A stretch of DNA of 64,000 nt from the human T2T-CHM13v2.0 reference genome, Homo sapiens. The notes beneath the pieces were generated by a model, which did no database searches, was not told the origin of the DNA, and saw only the letters and a list, made by a program, of their open reading frames with translations. The translations under genes were made by a program, and so were the position numbers. The DNA is taken from assembly GCF_009914755.1 (NCBI RefSeq), contig NC_060925.1, one strand, 5' to 3'. Numbering within the stretch: the first letter of the stretch is position 1; each line of letters begins with the position of its first letter. This document shows, piece after piece, positions 57,195-64,000 of this stretch.

Positions 57195-58250
57195 TGTCCG
57201 AGGTGTGTGAACCAGAGCAACTCCATCTTAAATAGGAGCTGGGTAATGTTGAGAACAGGCCCCCCAAAATCTGGCCATTAACTGGCCCTAAAACTGGCCA
57301 TAAACAATATCTCTGCAGCACTGTGACATGTTCATGATGGCCATGACGCCCACGCTGGAAGGTTGTGGGTTTACTGGAATGAGGGCAAGGAACACCTGGC
57401 CCACCCAGGGTGGAAACCTCTTAAAGGCGTTCTTAAACTACAAACAATAGCATGAGCGATCTTTGCCTTAAGGACATGCTCCTGCTGCAGATAACTAGCC
57501 AAACCCATCCCTTTATTTCGGCCCATCCCTTTGTTTCCCATAAGGAGTACTTTTAGTTAATCTATAATCTATAGAAACAATGCTTATCACCGGCCTGCTG
57601 TTAATAAATATGTGGGTAAATCTCTGTTCGAGGCTCTCAGCTCTGAAGGCGGTGAGACCCCTGATTTCCCACTCCACACCTCTATATTTCTGTGTGTGTG
57701 TCTTTAATTCCTCTAGCGCTGCTGGGTTAGGGCCTCCCTGACCGAGCTGGTCTCGGCAGGGTAAAATGAGACTGAAACCTACTGGGCTGTGTTCCCCAAC
57801 AGTTAAGGCCTCCTGAGTCACAGGATAAGATAGGAGGTTAGCACAAAATACAGGTCATAAAGACCTTGCTGATGAAACAGGTTGCAGTAGGCCAGCCAAA
57901 ACCCACCAAAAGCAAAATGACCACGAGAGTGACCTCTGGTCGTCCTCACTGCTACACTCCCACCAGTGCCATGACAGTTTACAAATGCCATGGCAACATC
58001 AGGAAGTTACCCTATATGGTCTAAAAAGGGAATCTGCCTCCTGTTTAGCGTATCATCAAGAACTAACCATAAAATGGGCAACCAGCAGCCCTCGGGGCTG
58101 CTGTGTCTATGGAGTAACCATTCTTTTATTTCTTTACTTTCTTAATAAACTCGCTTTCACTTTGCACTGTGAACTGGCCTTGAATTCTTTCTTGCACAAG
58201 ACCCAAGAACCCTCTCTTGGGGTCTGGATCTGCACCCCTTTCCTGTAACG
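57195..58250 (+). mobile_element. MER41A-type 5' LTR split by MER9
   Basis: TGTCCGAGGTGTGTGAACCAGAGCAACTCCATCTT...GCCATGACAGTTTACAAATGCCATGGCAAC...CCCCTTTCCTGTAAC(G). Confidence 0.88.
57247..57758 (+). mobile_element. MER9 (HERV-K HML-3) solo LTR
   Basis: TGTTGAGAACAGGCCCCCCAAAATCTGGCC...GAGCTGGTCTCGGCA, 512 bp. 6-bp TSD GGGTAA at 57241-57246 and 57759-57764. Confidence 0.92.
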
Positions 58251-58881
58251 TATTTCTGGCGACCACAAAGGGACTATCGTGCAGAAACCCTGACCCAACA
58301 GCTACCTTTGCGTAAGTAGTGGGGTCCTGTAACATCTTTCTGATGACAAGGGAAGTGACTGTACTGCAGAAACCCCCAACCCAAAGGCTAACTTTGGGTA
58401 AGTGGTGGGGTCCAGTAACATCTTTCTGGATGTAACCACAAAAGGGACAATACCGAGGAGACCCCCCCAAAACCCAAGGAAAATAGACGGCAGCACTGAT
58501 TGGATGACTTGGGGTAAGTGGTGGGGTACCCAGGTAAAGAATGGAATTGAGTTAGAGGCCCACCTTAGGGGAGTTAGAATCTCTCCTAAGACTGAGTGGG
58601 TTAAAGGCCTCTCTTAATAAAAGGCAAGGACGTTTGACCAACCTTGGGTTACAGGCCCAACTTAGGACGGTTAGAGTCCCTTCTAAGATTTAGGGGGTTG
58701 GTTAGAGGCCCCTCTCAGTAAAGTCCCTAAGAACAGGTTTGGTACTATGGAATGTTAACTGCTATTCTCGTTGTATTAATTTGCCTTGCACTCTTTGCTG
58801 ACAGCTGTGGGTGACAGGATTAGGCATGTACAGGATCATGGGACATGGGGAACTTTTCCATCCCTAAAAGGGGAAACTTGA

Positions 58882-59333
<452 letters not shown>

Positions 59334-62300
59334 TCTACTTTTCTTTTCCTATCTTTTCGTTATTCATGGCAGCCATCTTGTCCAGAGACCACATGTTGAA
59401 ACTCTAAGTCAGAGGTTGGATTAAAGATGACAGGGCACATCTGGGGGCAAATTTAAGCCTTGCCAGTTTGATATTGGGTGCTAAGCAGAGTGGCTAATGT
59501 CTATGTTTTATCACATGTATTTTGCTCTGGTCAGAATGAAAAAAATAATTTTCCTTTATGATGCGGCTTGGTCCCCAGGGCAATGGTGCCACAAGCCAGA
59601 TCACTAGGGCCGCTCAAGGAAAGGGAAGCCAGAAGCCTGGCATGCCAGCAAAAGGGTAAGAATTTCTTACCAGTCAGCTTTCTGGCTTCTCTCTCTCTGT
59701 GCAAATGGTTAAATGAATGGTAAAAAACAAACAAACAAAAACGGTGTTTATTTCCTCTGTAAAGTTTTGATTAATGTGAAAAAGAATTCTAGGGCTAGTC
59801 TTAAGCTGATGTATTTTGTAGTATAAATTTGTTTTTCTGTTTTGAGGGGTACTTCAGGATAAAACATGGGCTTAGAACACCTGTAAGCCTGCTTTTCAAG
59901 AAGACCCAGCAGGCTGGTCAGTAGCAAACTTGGCTGCAGGTCCCTAAAACAAACAAACCAAAAAAACTGGATGAAGTCTCCACCTTGTTTTATGTCCTTG
60001 GGAGCTTGACCTTTTAACCACGTGGCAGTACATTCTTTTGGTCTCCGCCTTCAGGGAACAGGAATTTTAGGGTTCATGTCATAGTTAGCTCTAAAAATCA
60101 TATTAAATAGTTAAAAGCCTTTGCGAGCTCGAAATCAACTACTCTAAACTCCTTCTGGGAAAGAAAATGGAGACTGCCCTGTGCTGTAGCTCAGTAACAA
60201 AGGTTTTTGCACTTTCACAGTTGCAGTCCAGGTTCAATTCCCCACCTAGGAAGTGAGTTGTTTCTGGTTTAATATCTGCATGACTTTGTCTGTTCTATTC
60301 TCCTCCATGGACTGTCTTAAATTTTCCTTTCTCTAATCACCCAGGAGGTTACCTTTGGTAAAGTTCAAAAGCCAGAAATATCGGCCGTTTGGCATAAGAA
60401 ATTCTAAAAGGACTTTATTAAAGAGTGCTATGGTTAGAATCAGTTCAAGCTCTAACAGCCTGGACTCCTTGGGAAAAATAGGAGGCACCAGAGACCTCTT
60501 TCCTGGCCCTTTTCTTCCAAGGGCTCCACCCTAAAGCCAGTAATCCAATTACAAAACTTAAAAATTGGCAAATGAAAAATTTTACTACTACTGTAGTAAT
60601 CTTCTGTCTTTCTGTGTAGCTATATATGTGTTGTGTGTAATGTTTATATAAAAGAACTCATTAATTGGCTTAAACAAAAATAAACACAAATCAAATATTT
60701 TGAAAGCAAAATAAAAACTGTAATGCCTTTTAGTTCGTGTAACTTTAATAATTTTGGGGAAATAAAAACAGCTTTAAAATTTTGATAAAAACGTTCAGTC
60801 TAAATTATGCAGATCAGATATTAAGTTTGCTAAATGCTTTAAGGTCATAAATTGCTTCTTTGACTTTTAAAAATTGTTCAATTTACCTACCTTAAAGCCA
60901 TTAGGTTCTAGATAAGGCTTGGGGACATGTGAAATTAGCCATGTACCCTACCTATACAAAGAAGATTATTTAAAAAGAGATTTTATATAAAAAAGGATCT
61001 TGTATGGTAAACTCTTGTCCTAAAGTAAAATGACTGGTTGTTTAAAAGGAAGGATGTTTAGGACAAATCAGAAAGGCCAAGAATGTCTCAGATGGTCTGT
61101 GTAAGTTGTGAAAAGATTTGTGAAAGGGAATTTATGCAAGAAATGTCGTACAATTCAAAGGTTGTTAGGCCTCCTAAATGCTTCATAAAATGCCACTATG
61201 ACTCCTACTGTACAACTTGCCTGCGTTACTGCTAGGTAAGGCATGGGAACATGTGGAGTTAGCCACACCCCTAGCTATGCTGGAGAGTCAGCCCTTATCT
61301 GCACTTCTGCCTGGTGTGTCCTGGGCTAGGCTCCACACCTAGTACACAATTCAAATTGCTTACTAACCAGGGCTTCCACCAAAAGTAAAAGTCACTAAAA
61401 GTTAATGTTGTAACATGTAATTGAGACTATTGAAGAAACACTTTTACATGTAAGGTGTGTAAGGAAAGTAAAATATATTTTTGGTAAAAGATTATAAAAA
61501 GGCATGAGAATGTAGTTTTTTTTTGCCTAAAGGGTTAAAGAATTGTTTTAAGTTGGATAGAATAAAGCTAAAGGTTTAAACAAATGTGGAAGGTTTGTAA
61601 AAATATATATATATATAAAAGAGAGTCTGTATGTGGACATTGGCTAAATTAAGGGATATTATTCAGTTTTTCTATAAATTAAACATTGGAATAAAAGCAC
61701 AACAGGTTTTTCTTAGAGCAAAACCATGCTTCTGCTCTTTAACAAAAACTTGTAAAGGGTTATAAAAGGCTTATGAGAATCTTACTTTATGGTCAAACTG
61801 ACTAAGATTGGATGGATTTATTTATAAGGTTTTATTAAGAATTGGGTTTGACATAAATAATGCACTAATGCAACAGTGACATTTGGCTTATTTGGTAAGA
61901 AAGTCATACAGGAAGTATTCTGAAATATAAAATGGTGTTTGGTTTTCTTTGGGCTGTATTTTCATAAATGTGTTATTGGTATATATTCCAAAATTATGGG
62001 AAACTCCTATAATTCTGATATGACTTAGTGTACATTATCAGTAACAATTATAATTGTTGCATAAAATCATTGTATGCCACAGAGGTAACAAATTTCCTTG
62101 TCAATTGTTTCTTTGATTGTGGCTGCCCTAAAACATTTTGTCAGCCACAGACAATTATTACTTTGTTTTAATCCTCTTTAGAAGGTGGTTTATAATCAAT
62201 TATAGAACTCTAACAGGTGTTCTTAAATGCAGGTTTTTCTGATAACTTTGGAGATTATAACATCAGAATAGAGAAAACAACTTTTAGAACTCTCATGAAG

Positions 62301-63450
62301 AGCTGGAATGTTCATGAATATAAAATAGAACAGGTGTTAACTAAATTAACTGAACCAATAGAAAACTGAACTAATCTTTTTAACTTTGCTTAAAATGCTG
62401 CTGATCCTTTGTTTTGTTTTTCAGAGTCAAGGAAACTTTTCTTTTGAGTTTTTCTATTTACAGCTGTTAGCAATTGAGTAAAATATACTACTGTGAACAA
62501 AATTTGGAACATATTTGTTTCTCTCTACCTGATTTCTCCAGAATTTGGAAACTAGTTGCAAGTATTCCTAACTTATGGCAATATAGTAATTTGCATAAGT
62601 ACAATAAGAATCTGTTTTCTTTTGTAAAAGGGCACAATTGCAGAAATTTATAATTTTACCAAGGCTTTCATTGGAATGGTGTGTTTTCCTTTAAGGAATT
62701 AAAATGAACTTGTAGAGCCAATAAAAGCCCTTTGGGGAACTGGCCTCATACCTTGCCTACACAGTCCCTGTACAGGGTTTCTGACTTGTGGTAACTAAAG
62801 AATGTCACTTTCTATCAAGTCCAGTAGAAGTAGAAGTAAGTTATCTCGGGACTGCAAGAGGAAAGAAACTTACCCAACTCATAGGTATTAGAGGGTACAA
62901 ACCCATGGCTGGACTCAGTTTTTAAAAAGTCTTATCTGAGATTCCTTATAAAACAGAGTTCTATCAAAGCCAATTAAAAAAACCTATGTGAAAAATAATT
63001 ATTCTTGCTGCACTTTATACAAATAATCAGGCCATGTATAATAAAGTAAATCAGTCTCATCATGATTTGTCTTTAGTAAAAATGGAATACTGGAGAGAGA
63101 AATATTATGTTTCAAGAACTATGGTACACTTAAATTCTAGTCTCATTAGTTGTCTCTGTTTCTGCAATTTAGGCTAACCCTGCTTATTCCTATGAACCAA
63201 CCAGTAATCTCTGACTGTTGCTCAGAAAAAAACAAGAGGACGGGTAATGTGAAAATCTGGATCAGTATTCTAATTCTGGGCACATTACAACCAACTGACC
63301 CCATACCAGCTTAGCTCCAACGGTTGCCCAATTCATGAAAAGCCTTCTAATTTAGTTTATTTAGAATATAACTTTACTTACTTTGTTTTACTCTTGTGGA
63401 ATATATTGCTGTTATACTCTTTGTGTAGGAAAACAGAACAAGCATACTAA

Positions 63451-63756
<306 letters not shown>

Positions 63757-64000
63757 CTAAATGTTTTCTTAAATTAAACACTTATAAATCTTCCAGATAT
63801 CACCTTTTGTCAAAATTCAATAATTATGAATGGACCTTACTATACTGATGCTTTCTTACTAAGCTCCTCTCTACCCTGAATGCAAGAGACCCTCATAGTT
63901 AGGCAAGAATATCATCACCCCATTCAACCTGAAAAAGCTACAGAAGATGGATCGTCATCCCTCTGCAACCCTCAGGATTAAGGATTCTTTCATAAAAGGG

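Noticed and set aside
57990-58060. MER41 as an interferon-gamma-inducible STAT1 enhancer
   Set aside because: The tandem GAS (TTCnnnGAA) segment of MER41B is absent after GGTCTAAAAAGGG; this copy is MER41A-like.

Overview
Primate (human or near-identical great-ape) genomic DNA containing the complete five-exon PRDX6 gene (peroxiredoxin 6, 224 aa, + strand, CDS 41554-52020) with its CpG-island promoter and 3' UTR. The gene identity comes from the spliced translation, which I assembled by hand from GT-AG junctions. Almost all remaining sequence is transposon-derived: nested old L1s, a full-length decayed L1PA, Alus, L2, DNA-transposon relics, solo LTRs (MLT2A, LTR7, MST, LTR3, THE1, LTR5, MER9), a complete THE1 element and a MER41-type provirus running off the right edge. 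Many of these have readable target-site duplications. Repeat subfamily names are from memory of consensus sequences and need RepeatMasker/Dfam confirmation. I see no convincing new protein-coding gene or new biological system. The best leads are regulatory or structural: (i) three near-perfect NRF2/sMAF AREs at distal and intronic positions that match consensus better than the promoter ARE; (ii) an unexplained ~290-bp ancient inverted repeat pair (16030-16321 / 18630-18921) that brackets one of those AREs; (iii) a stack of promoter-competent LTRs upstream of PRDX6; (iv) a ~56-bp tandem duplication in the 3' UTR lying between two poly(A) signals.
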